Shown: positions 1-13,105, numbered from the whole stretch's first letter. The stretch: DNA of 63,800 nt, filler included, from Reclinomonas americana ATCC 50394 (GCA_048213135.1; 18 parts of 18 records of this genome joined end to end with filler, not necessarily neighbours in it); one strand, 5' to 3'. The notes: generated by a model not told the origin, from the sequence alone. Program-made: numbers and translations.

Positions 1-1384
1 AACCAGAGCCAGAGGTGGACCCGGAGAAGTTCGACTGCGACGAATTTGCGTTTCTCCTGCTGCCCATCTTCATCGCCGTCTCCTTCGCGAACGCGCTTGC
101 CAATGGAACCACCACCAGCTCCACCACGATAAGACAGTACGGTGTTGACATTGCGCTCGCGTGGAACAGCAGTGCAGACCACTGTTCTGATATCGATTTG
201 AATGCGACAGCGGAACCACAGACGCAAATGAGCCACCACTCACCGACAAGGAACAGCACCGATTCCTGTGCCTGCTGTAGGAGGTCACTTTGCCAGGTAG
301 GTCGCCACGGTACAAGGTCATAGTCATACTGTTGGCCTGCATGCTTCGCCCTGCATTGGAGGCTGGAGACGAGGAATGCAGTGAGCCGCAAAATGTGCGG
401 AGAATTAACACTGTGCCAGCTGTGCATGTGCTTGTGTGCTTGAGTGCATGTGTGTGTGTGTGCGTGCGTGCAGTTGCAGTGGTTACTGAACAAGTCTGGC
501 GCAAACGCAACATTTCCGCAGGAGAGAAGATGCATGCGCACACTCCACTCCTCGTCTGCTTGGAGAACAGTGAGACTTGCGCGATCTCCACTGTCGGGCA
601 AGGCCAGCTGCTCTAGCACGTGAGTGTTGAACAGTGTTGTTGTCGATAGCTCAGCAAAACGGAGCGCGCGCTGCGCGCGGCCAGCATGCAGTGGGGTTGT
701 AGGTACGGTTGACGATGCATTCCTCCACATCCTTGGACACAAGACGGCACTCGACGGAACCGCGGTGAGGCTGCAGCTGCCCGGGATCCATGACGTACAA
801 GGATGCCAAAAAGTTAAGGGTGACATGAAGAGGCCCAGGAAAACGTAAGGGTTCACTTTCGAAAAATTTAAGGGTCACCGATGCTCGCACACCCCCCACA
901 CGCTGATCATGGGCGACGGTGAGTTGTGCGCACATATGCACGCACGGAGAGACGACGCACGGTTGCAGTGTGCACGTGTGTTCCAACCTGCGCTGTGCAC
1001 GCGTGTTTGCGTGTTCGCGACATGGTCATGGGCATGGCGTTTGTTGGGGCCCTCTCCGCCTCTCTCTCTGTGTCACTGTCTTCCTGCGTGGTCTTTCTCC
1101 ATCTCCTCCGCTGCTGTTGCATGTGCAGCGCATGCATTCACGCGTTTCTGCTCTCCGCATGCACTTGTCCGTGCTTGTTGTGTGCATATTATTAATTCAC
1201 AGTTCCCAACATTCTCTCTCTCTTCTTCTCACCACGTGTGCACAGGATCCAGCGGAGAGCCCCCGGCGGCACCCTCATCGCCGTCCGACACCAAGGTCTC
1301 GCGTCGTTCCGCGCTGCAATTGTCATGCATGCAACTCACATCTCCTCCCTTGCTTCCTCCTTCTCCACCTCCCTCTTCCTCCAT
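1..1384 (-). CDS. Hypothetical spliced protein, 3' end outside window
   Basis: Minus-strand ATG at 1384 opens MEEEGGGEGGSKGGDVSC...GGSPLDP. A protein-like segment ...RASVTLKFFESEPLRFPGPLHVTLNFLASLYVMDPG... lies at ~653-905, with further open frames to the window edge. Divergent from the BTB gene. No family recognised and exon structure uncertain. Confidence 0.3.
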
Positions 1385-1607
1385 CTCCCCGCCGTCAGCT
1401 TTCCAGCATGAAGGACAGCATCACGGCCACCCGTCAGTTACTGCTCAGCATGCGCCGGACGCTCGACTCGGTAAGTGTTTCCCACGTGCAGTTTGCACAC
1501 TCCCAGCTTTTCACTCGCTGCCTGCCTGCCAATAGGCCGACGCGCCGAGTGCCAGCGCCACTGATGCTCCGTGGCAGCAGCCACTGTTGTGTGATCGCGA
1601 GAACACA

Positions 1608-3729
1608 ATGAGTGTGGCTACTGCATCGCGAGAGTCGCTAGACGAGCTCTCCCACATGGATGCTGCCTATGTGAGTATCTTTCGTGCAACGCACGGTGTG
1701 CGATGTGTGTTTGTGTGACACTTACTCCTTGCGTTCACATGTGCGGCGTGTGTATCAGGTGAAGGAACATGTAGAGCTCAAAAAACTCCACGTCAACCAT
1801 ATCGCACAGGCTGTGGAGTCGGAGGAATTCAGTGATTTCACCATCTTTGCCGGAGAAGAGCGCACTCTCTTCCGCACGCATTCGCTGCTGCTTGCTGCCA
1901 AGTCAAAGTACTTCCGCCAGTACTTCTCGCATGAAGATGCGGAGGCGGAGATGTTGCGCATGCACAAAAACAATGCGTGTTTCTGTGAGTTCCAAACAGC
2001 TCTCACACAATGGACGCCAACTCGACAGGCACTGGTCACATATCACGGCAGCAACGATGCGGCAGGTGCTCAACTTCGTGCACACGGTGAGCTGTGTACG
2101 CGCACTAATCCCCCAGCACCACAGCATGGTGACCTTGGTGTGCTCGTTCTTCACGTGCACAGGGTGTGATGCAAGTCTCGTTGAGCACTGTGTTCGATCT
2201 GCTGGATGCGGCGCAAGAGCTGGAGCTGGTCGAACTCTTTGAGATGTGCGACGAGTACTTTGATAGTGGGCTGTCGTCCGTACCCCAATCTCTGCAGCAC
2301 CTGGTCAGTAACTCTCAGAGTGTGCACATTTCGCTGTGCCGTTGTTTGATTATGTCTCAACGAACTTCCTCCGCATACAGGAGGCTGCAATGAATCGACG
2401 AAACGAGACGCTTTTGGAGAAGTGCTTCGTGTTTATTGACAACAACGCACAAAAAGTGTTGCAGTGCACCGAGTCGGTGCGAAAAGTCTCAACTGAGACA
2501 CTAGAGGCTGTGCTGTGCCGCCTGTCGCTCCACTGCTCGGAAGATGACTGCCTTTCGGCTGCTTTTGTGCACTCTCGAGCGAGGTTTGTGCAAATAATTC
2601 TTGATTGTGCTTCGAGTCGCAGTTTCCTTGTTTTGAATTATTTGCAACGGTTTGCTGCGCAGTGCGGATGATGCAAGAACAATGGTCGCACTGAGCAAGC
2701 ACATCAGTCTTCTCCACGTGCCGAAGTCCAGGTCTTCACCCTTACGTGTCATGAGGTGCGACAAGAGCTAGGGGTGGTACTGATGTGCGTCAACACAGAT
2801 TCCCAGAGGTGTACAACTGTGGCCTCTTCCCTCAGGACATGATTCAAGAGTGGGCCTTGTATCTGGCGTACAATGACCTCTTTGCCGATCGAGTTGGCAT
2901 TGGCACTCCTTTAGCCACCGGCAGTGGCGACCAGGGTGGCATCGTCTCTGGTGAATGTGCAAGTGGTTCCGGTGAAGGTGCGAGTGCCTTTGGTCACGAT
3001 GAAAGTGGCTCTGGTGAGGAAGACAGTAGCACGACTAAGGGCGACAGGAGCCCAGACTCCATCCCTGTCGGAGACCACAGCAGTGTGGACCGTACGAACG
3101 CCGGAACATGCATGTTTCGCCGCGGCCCAGTTCTCCGCTTGCTCGATGCCGTCGCTGCACAGTTGGTACTGCGACGAATATTGAAGGCACGCGGCGTGCA
3201 AAAGATCAACATTTCGCGCTTGTTCTTGGCAACCACTGACGGATTCAGCGCCGCTGCATTCCATGATCGCTGTGACAACCGAGGGTGCGTCCCGTCAGCG
3301 AATACTGTGTGCAGTTTGTTTGCGTTTTTATGACATGATACATTCTGCAGAGCGACACTGACGATCATCCACACGAAGTCTGGGCACGTTTTCGGCGGCT
3401 ACGCTCCGGTTGCTTGGACGAAGGGCTCAGGCTGGCAGGGAACACCACAGCTGGATTCATCTGGCAGTAGCTTTCTGTTCGCGACTACCAACGGGTTGAA
3501 ATTGTTCGATCTCGTGAACAAGGACACGGCAACTATCCACAGCGCCAACAGAGGACCGTGTTTCGGAGATGAATTTGTCATTGCGGACAACTGTAACGCA
3601 CACGAGTCGACTGCGGGATCCATGTACGGAGGAGTAATGTCCTACAACTACAATGGGTCAAGACTGAGTGACCTCGTCGGATCCAACAAGTTTTTGATCG
3701 CCGACTACGTCGTCTATCTCATCGAATGA
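1608..3729 (+). CDS. BTB/POZ-BACK-TLDc domain protein, paralog 1 (multi-exon)
   Basis: GT-AG splicing gives BTB start SDFTIFAGEERTLFRTHSLLLAAKSKYFR, a BACK-like helical region and a C-terminal TLDc domain (LFLATTDGFSAAAFHDRCDNRG/ATLTIIHTKSGHVFGGYAPVAW...GPCFGDEF...DYVVYLIE*). ATG 1608, TGA 3727-3729. Confidence 0.85.
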
Positions 3730-3892
3730 TCTTTGTGTCACTAGCTGGTTGCGTGCCCCATATTTGTATCTTCTAATTCGCGTGATCCCCGCATCCGCTG
3801 TCATCATAGGACACTCTGTGAGGCGGTCGGTCATGCCAAGTGAATTTTTCTAACTCCAAAATTCGATCCCCTTTTTTTCCTTGCGACGCGAG

Positions 3893-6185
3893 ATGAGTGC
3901 TGCCGCTGCTGCTGTGCTCAGTTCATCGCCAGGCACCAGCGTTCCACTCATCTCCGCTGATGTGCGTGCACCCAACTTCCACACACATGTGGTCATTGCT
4001 GACACTTCTGACTGCACATGCTTCTCGTCGCACAATCCTCGCAATCGCCTCTCTGTACTCACGGACAGGAGAAAAAGCATCTGGCACACGTGGAGTGCGT
4101 TGCACTGGCTGTCGAGTCAGAGGACTTGAGTGATTTCACCATCTTCGCTGGCGAAGAGCGAGAGCCGTTTCGCACGCACTCATTGCTGCTCCGCATCAAG
4201 TCGCACTACTTCCGCGAGATGCTGGCAAAGGGGAGTTCATGGGCGGAGGCAACTTTGAAATTATTGTTGCGTCCCCCACGGTCGGCGTGTTGAACATGGC
4301 CATGGTCGGAATAGTTTCCCTCACGCTCGACTGCAATTCGACAGAGAGAAGCCGAGCATCACTGCAGCGACCATGAAGCTGGTCTTGGACTATGTGCACA
4401 CGGTGAGTTGCGCCAACGCCGCGCGCGAGAGTGCTGGCAACAATCAGTACTAGTTGCATTGTGAAAGCTGTACAGGGTCTCACAGCTTCTATCAATTTAT
4501 CAGGGTGTGACTGTCATCACTTTGGACAACATCTTCACGTTGTTCAACGCTGCCGACGAGTTGCGAATGGTCGAGCTGTGTGATCTGTGTCGCTCGGAGT
4601 TTGGTCGTGGATTGCAATCAAAGGATGCTGCGCTTCACTTCCTAGTAAGTTTGAATATGCAATGCCCGCTGCGCGCAGGTTGGAAGTCGCTCATCTTTGT
4701 GGCGTTTTCTCAACATCATGCAAAGGAAGCGGCGATGGAGCAACGGAACGATCTGCTGATGCCGTTGGACAAGTGCCTTGCAATAGTCGACAAACACGCA
4801 GAAGCGATTCTGTCAAACTTCCAGGCGGTGCAGGAAGTCAAGACTAACACGCTAAAATCGGTGTTGTCTCGACATACACTGCAGTGTTCCGAGGACATGT
4901 GCCTCACCGCTGCTTTGGAACATGCACGAATAGCATCTAGCTACAGGTCAGGTTGTGCAGGCGACCTGAACGCGATCGCAGCCCTTTTCACGATTATTTT
5001 TGTTCCGATCGCGTAGAAGCGGCTCTCCATCTGGCGAGGCGGTTAATGTGATGACGGAGCTGAGTGAGCACATCAATCTCCTCCACTTGTCGCGGTCTAG
5101 GTTTGGACATTGCCTGTTAATTTTCGTGTGCAGGTGCACTGCTGCAGCTCATTCGAACGTGACAGATTCCGGCAAGTGAAGGAGTGTGGTACTTTCTCTG
5201 CTGATCGATGGCTGGAGTGGGCTGAGTATTTGGCGTTCCCGGAGCTGTTTGCTGAGCGAGACCGCATCGGTGTTCCTACAGTTGGCGACGACTTTGGTGA
5301 CGAGTCTCACACCGATTCAGACGACGCAGACGGTGATGCTGCTGGCGCCGGCAGCGATGCTAACAAGGATGCTGACGAGACTCCCACGTCCGGTAGTGCG
5401 GCTCAGGACGATGGGCATGACGTGAGCAGTGGTGATCAAGCTGCCCCTCGCATCGGGGCCATCTGCATGTGTCGCCAGTTTCCTGCACTCCTCTTCCTTA
5501 GTCTTCCGGATGCGGAAATGATCGTGCAGCGGACTCTGCGCTGCCGCGGCGTCACTGAATTCCGTTTGTCGCTTTTGTTTCTCGCAAGCAAGGACGGATA
5601 CAGTGGTGCCGCTTTCCGTAATCGCTGCAACTACCGAGGGTATGTACATGTACTGGCCATGGGGCACCTCCGGTATTTATTAGCTTCTGTAACTGACATT
5701 GGTGTTGCAGAGCAACGTTGGTCGTCGTCAAAACCACGACGGGTCGCGTTTGCGGCGGTTACACTCCGGTACCATGGAACATGGCAGAACCCAGACACGA
5801 AAAAGAAGGCATGGGGACGTTTTATTCTGACAACACGGGAACGACGTTCTTGTTTGCAGCACCGGGGGGCGATAAACCGGTGCAATGCTTCACTCAGCTT
5901 GACAAGGCTAAAGCAACTTGTCACAAGGAGAACTGGGGACCACATTTTGGAGACGACCTCAAGTTGTGCTTCAACGGCGACGCCAACACCAAAAACGCGA
6001 ATCAGTCCAAACTCGGTTCTTGGTTTGGCGAAGCGCAGCGCGCCGGCTCCGAAGCTGGCGCTAGCAGTACGCCACCGAAGCCACCAGCCGGCCGCGGCGT
6101 TCCACTTTGTAACCCGATTGAGTCACTGCTTGTTGGTTCCACCAGTTTTACCGTGGACGATTATGCCGTGTACCTCATTGAGTAG
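3893..6185 (+). CDS. BTB/POZ-BACK-TLDc domain protein, tandem paralog 2
   Basis: Same architecture and intron positions as 1608-3729: SDFTIFAGEEREPFRTHSLLLRIKSHYFR, LFLASKDGYSGAAFRNRCNYRG, CGGYTPVPW, GPHFGDDL, DDYAVYLIE*. Confidence 0.85.
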
Positions 6186-6324
6186 AGAAATGAACCTGAT
6201 TGTGCTTGCTTTCTGAATGGATTATTGTATCCGTTGAGATGTCGACTGAATCGGCAACTTAGCTCCTTGTTTTGGTTCTTAACGCGGAGCGACGATTCTC
6301 AGGAGTCGATCGCGACTTGTGAAG

Positions 6325-6424
6325 NNNNNNNNNNNNNNNNNNNNNNNNNNNNNNNNNNNNNNNNNNNNTTAATTAATTAANNNNNNNNNNNNNNNNNNNN
6401 NNNNNNNNNNNNNNNNNNNNNNNN
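6325..6424. other. Artificial scaffold linker (44 N + TTAATTAATTAA + 44 N), first of 17
   Basis: Identical 100-nt linkers start at 6325, 13935, 15178, 18868, 23820, 26759, 28275, 32736, 37860, 42619, 44335, 45915, 49295, 50863, 52408, 59106 and 62486. The 12-mer puts stops in all six frames. Confidence 0.97.
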
Positions 6425-7002
6425 AGGTCTTCCGGGTGCTGAAGAATGGCGGCGAGTTCCACTTCTCCGACGTGTACTGCGATCGGCGGTTGCCGGCTGC
6501 GCTGCGTACGCACCCGGTGCTGCTCGGCGAGTGTCTCGGCGGTGCGCTGTACGTGGAGGATTTCAAGCGCATTTGCGCCACGGTCGGCTTCACCGACCCG
6601 CGCGTGCTGGAGTGCACGCCGATTGAGGTGCACGACGAGGCGCTGCGTGAGCTACTCGGCCTGGCGCGCTTCTTCTCCATCACGTACCGCCTCTTCAAGC
6701 TGCCAGAGGGCGTGCTGGAGACCAAGTGCGAGGACTACGGACAGGTGGCGGTGTACAAGGGCACGCTGCCGGGTTCCGCGCACGCCTACGCCCTCGACGA
6801 TCACCACGTGTTCGAGACGAAGAAGCCGGCGCTGGTGTGCGGCAACACGGCGGCCATGCTGCAGGAGACGTGGCTCGCACCGCACTTTACGATTGTCGGC
6901 GATCGCAGCACGCACTTTGGATTGTTTGATTGCGGAGATGGTGGTGGCGTGGCCGCTGCTGGCGGATCCGAAGGCTCGTGCTCAGCAGGCGGTTGCTGCT
7001 GA
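6425..7002 (+). CDS. AS3MT: Arsenite S-adenosylmethionine methyltransferase (AS3MT/ArsM family), C-terminal part; 5' end lost in gap
   Basis: VFRVLKNGGEFHFSDVYCDRRLP...PVLLGECLGGALYVEDFKRIC...GFTDPR...FFSITYRLFKL...CEDYGQVAVYKG...VCGNTAAML...HFGLFDC, ending in GGCC*. These are the characteristic ArsM/AS3MT motifs and terminal Cys pair. Confidence 0.92.
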
Positions 7003-7221
7003 AATGGGAGAGGATGAGAAATGCAGAGGGGAAATGAGGCTTCCGTTGCTGTATCGCATGAAGAGCTTTGGTCGAACACGCAATCAATATAATCCAAAAC
7101 CGAACACAGATTGTGCAATCGCTTGCTTTCGTTGCTCATTCTCTCCGTCCCTCCGCCTTCCTCCTCCCACCCCACACCCTCACCCCCCCACAAACACTCT
7201 CACTCCCCTCCCCTTCATCAC

Positions 7222-10200
7222 ATGGCGTGCGAAGTTCACCGACTTCGCGCCCCGCCTTACTGTCCAGCGCCTGACATCACGCAGCGCACCTCCTCTCTCT
7301 TGCAGCGAATGGCACTGCACTTCTCACACACCACACTCGAGGACGTGCACCCCTCACAAGTCTTCTGGGTGACCGTCACCCCCACACTCATCGCCACCGC
7401 CTGTCGCGATGGCACACTGCGAGTGTTCGACGCACAGACTCTCGCCTGCGTGAGCGCACACGAGGGCGCCCACGAAGGCGGCTGTGTCCGCGTCCTCTTC
7501 TCTCCACCAAGACCTCAGCAGCAGCTTCTGTTGGTGAGCACAGGCCTAGGCGCTCCCTCGCCCACGGTGCGCATGTGGGAGGTGTCGGCCTCGGGTGCCG
7601 ACCTCACACCACTGTGGACCGGCGAAGGGCACTCGGCAAGCATCTGCAGCGTGTGCATGACTCGCGACATGCGTTCGGTGTTTACGGGCTCACGGGACAC
7701 CACCATTCGCCAGTGGGAGGCAACGTCGGGCACCTGCGTGCGCGTTCTGCGCGGGCATTCGTCGTATGTGCGCGGATTGGCGCTGTTTGGCGGTCAAACG
7801 CAGCAGTTCTTGGTCAGTGGCTCGGGCGATAAGACCATGCGGGTGTGGTTGGTGGAGAGCGGGCAGCAGGTGCGTACGCTGCGGGCGGAGACGGGCGTGA
7901 CGGCGGTGGATGTGTCGCCCGACGGGAGCACCATCATGTCGGGGCATGCGAATGGAGTGGTGTCGCTGTGGTCGTTCAAGAATGGCGTCGTCGATCGGCA
8001 GCTGCGTGGGCATGCCACGATGGTGAATTCGTGTGTGTTTGCGCCTGAGGGGACGTTGGTGTTGTCGGCGGCGCATGGTGAGAGAAGGGAAAGGGGCGAA
8101 AGGGGAAAGGGAAAGGGGAAGCGGGTGCGAGAGACTTGAGAATTATGTACGCTGCTGCCTTGGATGGTGCAGTAACAGAGTTGGTTTGTGTCGTTGAGAA
8201 GAGAATTCACGGGGCTGAAGAGAGTGACTCTGTGTTGTGAGCATGGAGCATGTGCTGCTCCGCAGAAGTAGGAGAGACGAAGACAGTGAGTACTCTTTGT
8301 ACGGTTACCAGTTTGCTGCTGTTGCGAGGCAGATGCGTGAGACAGAGTTACTGAGTGTCCTTGGTGGCGGAGAGTCAGAAAAGGAATCTGCGCTCTGCAG
8401 TAGATAGTGCTTCTGTCAAGAGAATGCGGCGGGTGAGCAGTGTGCTTTCACAGGGAAGACCTCTGTGAGTCAATGTGTCTGTTCGAGAGATGCACATCGT
8501 GTCTCGGATGTTGTGTGCTCAGTACTCTGTTTTGTGCGAGAGTCGTCGGGAATTGTGCGCTCGTGAGTCGTCAGAGAAGATGTCGCTGTGCTGTGGCCGA
8601 TAGGAAGTGTTGGATTCCAGCCGAGAGTGGCAGTGAGCTGTTGAGGGGTTCGATAACATGGTGTGTACGACTTGAGCGAGGGTAGATAAGCACCTCGAAC
8701 ACGACGAGAACGGCAATCTTTCGCATATACTCTCTCACTTCTCAAATCTTTCGCTCGCCCACTCTCTTCTCTTTGTCGACCGAAAGGTGTCAGTGAGAAT
8801 GGCACTCATACGCTCAGCTTCTCCTTTTCGAGTGAGCGCACGAATGAGCTGAGACAGCGAGCTGTGTGGGGGCAAAAGCTGCTGAGAAACTCAACTCATT
8901 CTGCAGTGAGTGAATCGATTCGTCTGTGATGGCGCTCTGCCATATAGTTTCGCTCTGTTCAGCAGCACATTACCTTTCGACAGAGATAGGCGTCAACTAC
9001 TGTGTGGTCACATTTACTGACAAGAGCAACTCTCATTCTCTATTTCCAAAGCGAGTGAGTTTGTCGGTGCGAGTGCCATGGCACTCCTTCGGCCAGCTTT
9101 CGTTCTTTTTCTTATCACTTTCTCTTTCGACTGGGTTGAAGACACACAAGCAGTGAGTGTGCGTAGACATGCAACTCTGTGTTTATTCTTTCATTCGACT
9201 GAGTGAGGCATCAACTATTGTGTGGTCACAATCTACTGACAAGAGCAACTCTCATTCTCTATTTCAGAAGTAAGTGAGTTGTTCTCTGAGAGTGCCATGG
9301 CAATCCTTCGGTTCTTTATCTTATCACTTTCTCTTTACAAGCATGTGTGTGCATAGCAACGCAACTCTTGTTTATTCTTCCATTCGACTGAGTTGAGACA
9401 TCAAGCTGTGTTCGGACAATGCTGCACTGTTCTGCAGCTCTTCTTGTGTGTTTCCGCTGTGAGTGAGTAAGTGCTTGTGCATTGGCATTCTGCCACAAAG
9501 TTTCGCTCTGTTCGCTATCGCTTTCCTTTCGTCTGCGTTGAAGACTCACGCAGTGTGTGCAGAGGAAACGCAGCTCTTTGTTTATTATTCAGTTTAGTGT
9601 TCAGGCTGTTTGGGCAATGCTGCATCTGTTTCTGCAGTGAGTGAGAAAGTGTGTATGTTGGTGTGCACAAGGGCGCTCTTTCACCCACCTTTCTCACCGT
9701 GCCCCCTTTTCACATTCCCTTGCGTCTCAACATGACACCCTATTCCATCAGTCTCCTCATTCTCTTTTCTTCTCCCCTTCCCCGTCCTGCTCCCCTTCTC
9801 GCAGACAAAACGGTGCGCCTGTGGAACGCCGCCACGCGAGAAAACGTGGCCACACTTGAAGGCCACGGCTTGTGCGTCTGGTGCGCCGCCATTATGCCCA
9901 ACGGGCAGTTTGTGAGCGCATCCGAGGACAAATCCGTAATGATCTGGCGTCCAGGTACGCATGCCCCTCACCACCTTGTCACCCTATTGTTGCTCACTTC
10001 TTCTCTCGCAGATCTTCCTGGGGCGGCTCCGCTGCCGGCGCCACCCATCCGCAACTCCATTGTGCGACCACCCATCGTGCCTGAACGCAACCCCACTCCA
10101 CCCCTCGTCGTACCTGCAGCAGCAGCAGCAGCAGCTGCACCACCTCCTCCAGCAGCACCTGTTCAGGCTCCCGTTCCCGTTCCGGCAGCCGGCAGCGCAG

Positions 10201-13105
10201 TTGCTTCATCGGCCGCAGCCGTGATTCCTCATGCGGGCGGCGCCGCGGCTGCCGGTGCCTCTGCCGTCCTCTCTGCTGCGGCCGCTGGTGGACACGCCGA
10301 CTCGGCGGCACGCACGCAGGAGGTCCATGCCCTGCGCACCCAACTGCAACAGGCCGAGGCCGCACACGCCGAGACTCGTCGCGCACTGGAAGGAGAGCTG
10401 ACGGCGCTGCGCGCGCAGCTGGCCGAGACCGAAGCGGTTCGCTTGGCGGCCGAGGAGCGAGCCACCGACGCTGAGGAGCGAGCGACGGCCGCCGAGGAGG
10501 AAGCGGAGCGGCTCCGTGAGCGCATGACAGACAGCGAGGAGGTGGTGGCAGCCCTGCAGACGCAACTCAACAGCGTAGAGAACGAGTTGAGAACGGAGCG
10601 GCAGCGTGTCGCCGAGAAGGACGAGGAGTTGGCGCGGTTGCGACATGTGGCGCCAGGTTTGCGTGTCGGCAGAGTCGTGTGAGTGGGAGTGTTGCTCATC
10701 TCTCTTTCTCTCCCTCTTTGCAGTGCACGCTGCAGTGGTGGAGGCACAGGGCGTGCGCGCCTATCCGTGGCAATTGTTGGAGCAGGCCACGGACAACTGG
10801 TCACAGCGGTACTTGGTCGGCGAGGGTGCGCATGGTCGAGTGTACCTCGTGCTGCTGGAGAATCAGGAGGTCGCCATCAAGATGCTGACGGCGGACACGG
10901 ATGTGCGACAGGAGGCGTTTGAGCGGGAGGTAAGCATGCTTGGGTGGGTGCGATAAAGTGGAAGTATGTGCTGATGTGTTTCAATAGGTGGAGATGCTGA
11001 GCCGTCTGCGCCACCGTCGTCTTGTTCCTCTGCTGGGTCACTCGAGTTCTGTCGGCGGCTCAAACCAGAGATGCCTGGTCTACAGGGCAATGGAGTTGCG
11101 CTATTGCTCATGTTCCTTTCGTGAAGCTCTCTCTCTCTCTCTCTCTGGTTGCAACTTCAGCTACACGTTGTACTCGTCTCTGGGAGTGACGACAGCCTGC
11201 TCTTCTTCAGCACTTGCATCTGTCTTCGTCGTCTCTGTCTCTGCCCTTTCTTCCATTCCATCAGGGCTACCGCTACGCATTACATGCGTCGTTGGGAGCA
11301 GTGACGGCCTGTTTTCTGTTGTGTCCCTTCTTCTCCAGCACTTGAAGGTGACCGCCCTTTCCCCTTTCTCTCAGCACTTCGTCCAATGTGATTCACGCCA
11401 CTACACGTCGTACGTGTCGTTGGAAGAATCTACGGCCTGCATCGCCTGTCTCTCTTCGAGTCGTTTTGTACTTCCCTACTTGCACCTCTCCTCTCCTCAT
11501 CCAATCATTCCCGTTCTTCGCTCTCATTTCGTGACTCACCCCCACCTCACAGGCGCGACAACCTCGAGATGCGACTCATGATCTCCAACTCGGTGACACC
11601 GCCACTCACGTACACGCAGCGCATGCAGATCGCGCTCGGCATCATTGAGGGCCTGGTATTTTTGCATGCGGTGAGAGCGTTGCGATGTAACAGTCACTCG
11701 TCATGCTCGCTCACCACCTTTCGTGTATGTGCCGCAGAACAATGTCGTGCACTGCGACCTGAAACCGGCCAACGTGTTGTTGGATCACCGACTGGAACCA
11801 TGTCTGGCCGACTTTGGCATTGCCAAGAGCCTCGGTGCTGACCAGGTGCGTGCGCGCGTATTCTCTCTTTCAAGTCTCTCCCCGTCTCACACACGCCGAC
11901 ACACAGGCCGCGATGACCATGGGCGGCTCACGGTACTACGTGGACCCGCTGTCGCTGGCCACGGGCGAGTCGGGCTCGGAGGTCGACATGTACGCGTTTG
12001 GCGTGATTATTGTGCAGCTGCTGACGCGCAAGGCGGCCAAGGATGCGGTGCAGTTGGCGCTGCGCGTGCAGCGCACACCCGAGGCGGTGGATGCGGTGGC
12101 CGAGGCAGACCGCACTGCCGGGTTGTGGCCGGATGTGGTGGCGCGGAGGTTGCTGGATGTGGCGGCGTCGTTGCGTCAACAGGGGGAGATGGAGGGGAAG
12201 GGAGGAGAGGAGAAGGGGGTAAAGGGGAAGAGAGGATAGAGGAAAGAGAGGGAGGAGGAAAGAAGGAACTTGAGCGCGAAACGGGAGGAGAGAATGAGAG
12301 TAAGAGAGGAAAGAGAGAAAGTTGACGAGAATTCGGGTTGATGAGTGTGGATGCAAATTCGAGAAGAAAAGAAAAAGGAATGAAAAGGGGAGAAGAGTAA
12401 GCGGGGAAAAATGAGGGCAGAGTAAGAGAGGAAAGAGGGCCGGGAATGGTGACGAGAAATCAGGATGTCGAGTGCGAATACGCATAGGTGCAGAAGAGGA
12501 AACGGAATGAGAAGTGAGGGGAAGTGTCGTCGGGATAGAGAGGCGCAGGCGAAGAGAGGGAAGAGTAAGGGAGGAAGACAGACAGGGAAGTTGACGAGAA
12601 ATCGGTGCGGATGCTGACTGGTGAAGAAGAGGAAAACGGAAGGAGAGGAGAGGAGAAGCGTGAGCAGGGGATAGAGAGACGAGGCGAAGGGAGTGAAGGA
12701 ATGAGAGGCAGGAATGGTGACGAGAAATCGGGGTCTGATGGTGAATACAAACAGGAGAAGAATAACAAAGGGAATGAGAAGGGAGAAGAGAAACGTGAGA
12801 AAAGTAGGGCAGAGTACGAGTGGACAGTTGGAGGAAAGACAAGAGGTCGGGTTATGAAGAACAGCAAAGGGAATGAGAAGGGAGGAGAAGAGTAACCTGG
12901 GAAGAGTAAGAGAGGGAAAGAGAGAGACAGGGTGGAGAGACGGAAAGGGGAAGAAGATGTTCGCATCCTTGATCGAATTGCTCACGATCTACCCCACCAC
13001 AGATGCACAGCACTCTCGCAAGCACGACCGACGGCCGTCGAAGTGGAGGCCACCATCCGCCAGCTGAGAGAGGTGTGCGGCGGTTTTACAATGGAGCTGT
13101 TTTAA
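7222..13105 (+). CDS. WD40-repeat / Pro-Ala linker / coiled-coil / IRAK-Pelle-RLK-type Ser/Thr kinase fusion
   Basis: Exon 1 (ATG 7222 or 7309, to 8077) has GH...WD-type repeats. A phase-1 intron 8078-9804 joins SAAH/DKTVRLWN. Then come a Pro/Ala linker, an E/R/A coiled coil and the kinase: YPWQLLEQATDNW, VGEGAHGRVY, VAIK, RLRHRRLVPLLG, LVYRAME, RMQIALGIIEGLVFLH, HCDLKPANVLLD, ADFG, DMYAFGV, SCTALSQARPT. TAA at 13103-13105. Confidence 0.8.
8985..9420. repeat. Diverged ~220-bp tandem duplication inside kinase intron 1
   Basis: TCAACTAxTGTGTGGTCACA..TACTGACAAGAGCAACTCTCATTCTCTATTTC...GAGTGCCATGGCAxTCCTTCGG occurs at ~8993 and ~9210. Confidence 0.85.

Noticed and set aside
6369..6380. TTAATTAATTAA palindrome recurring 17 times
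   Set aside because: Always centred in exactly 44+44 N; an artificial six-frame-stop linker, not a biological motif.
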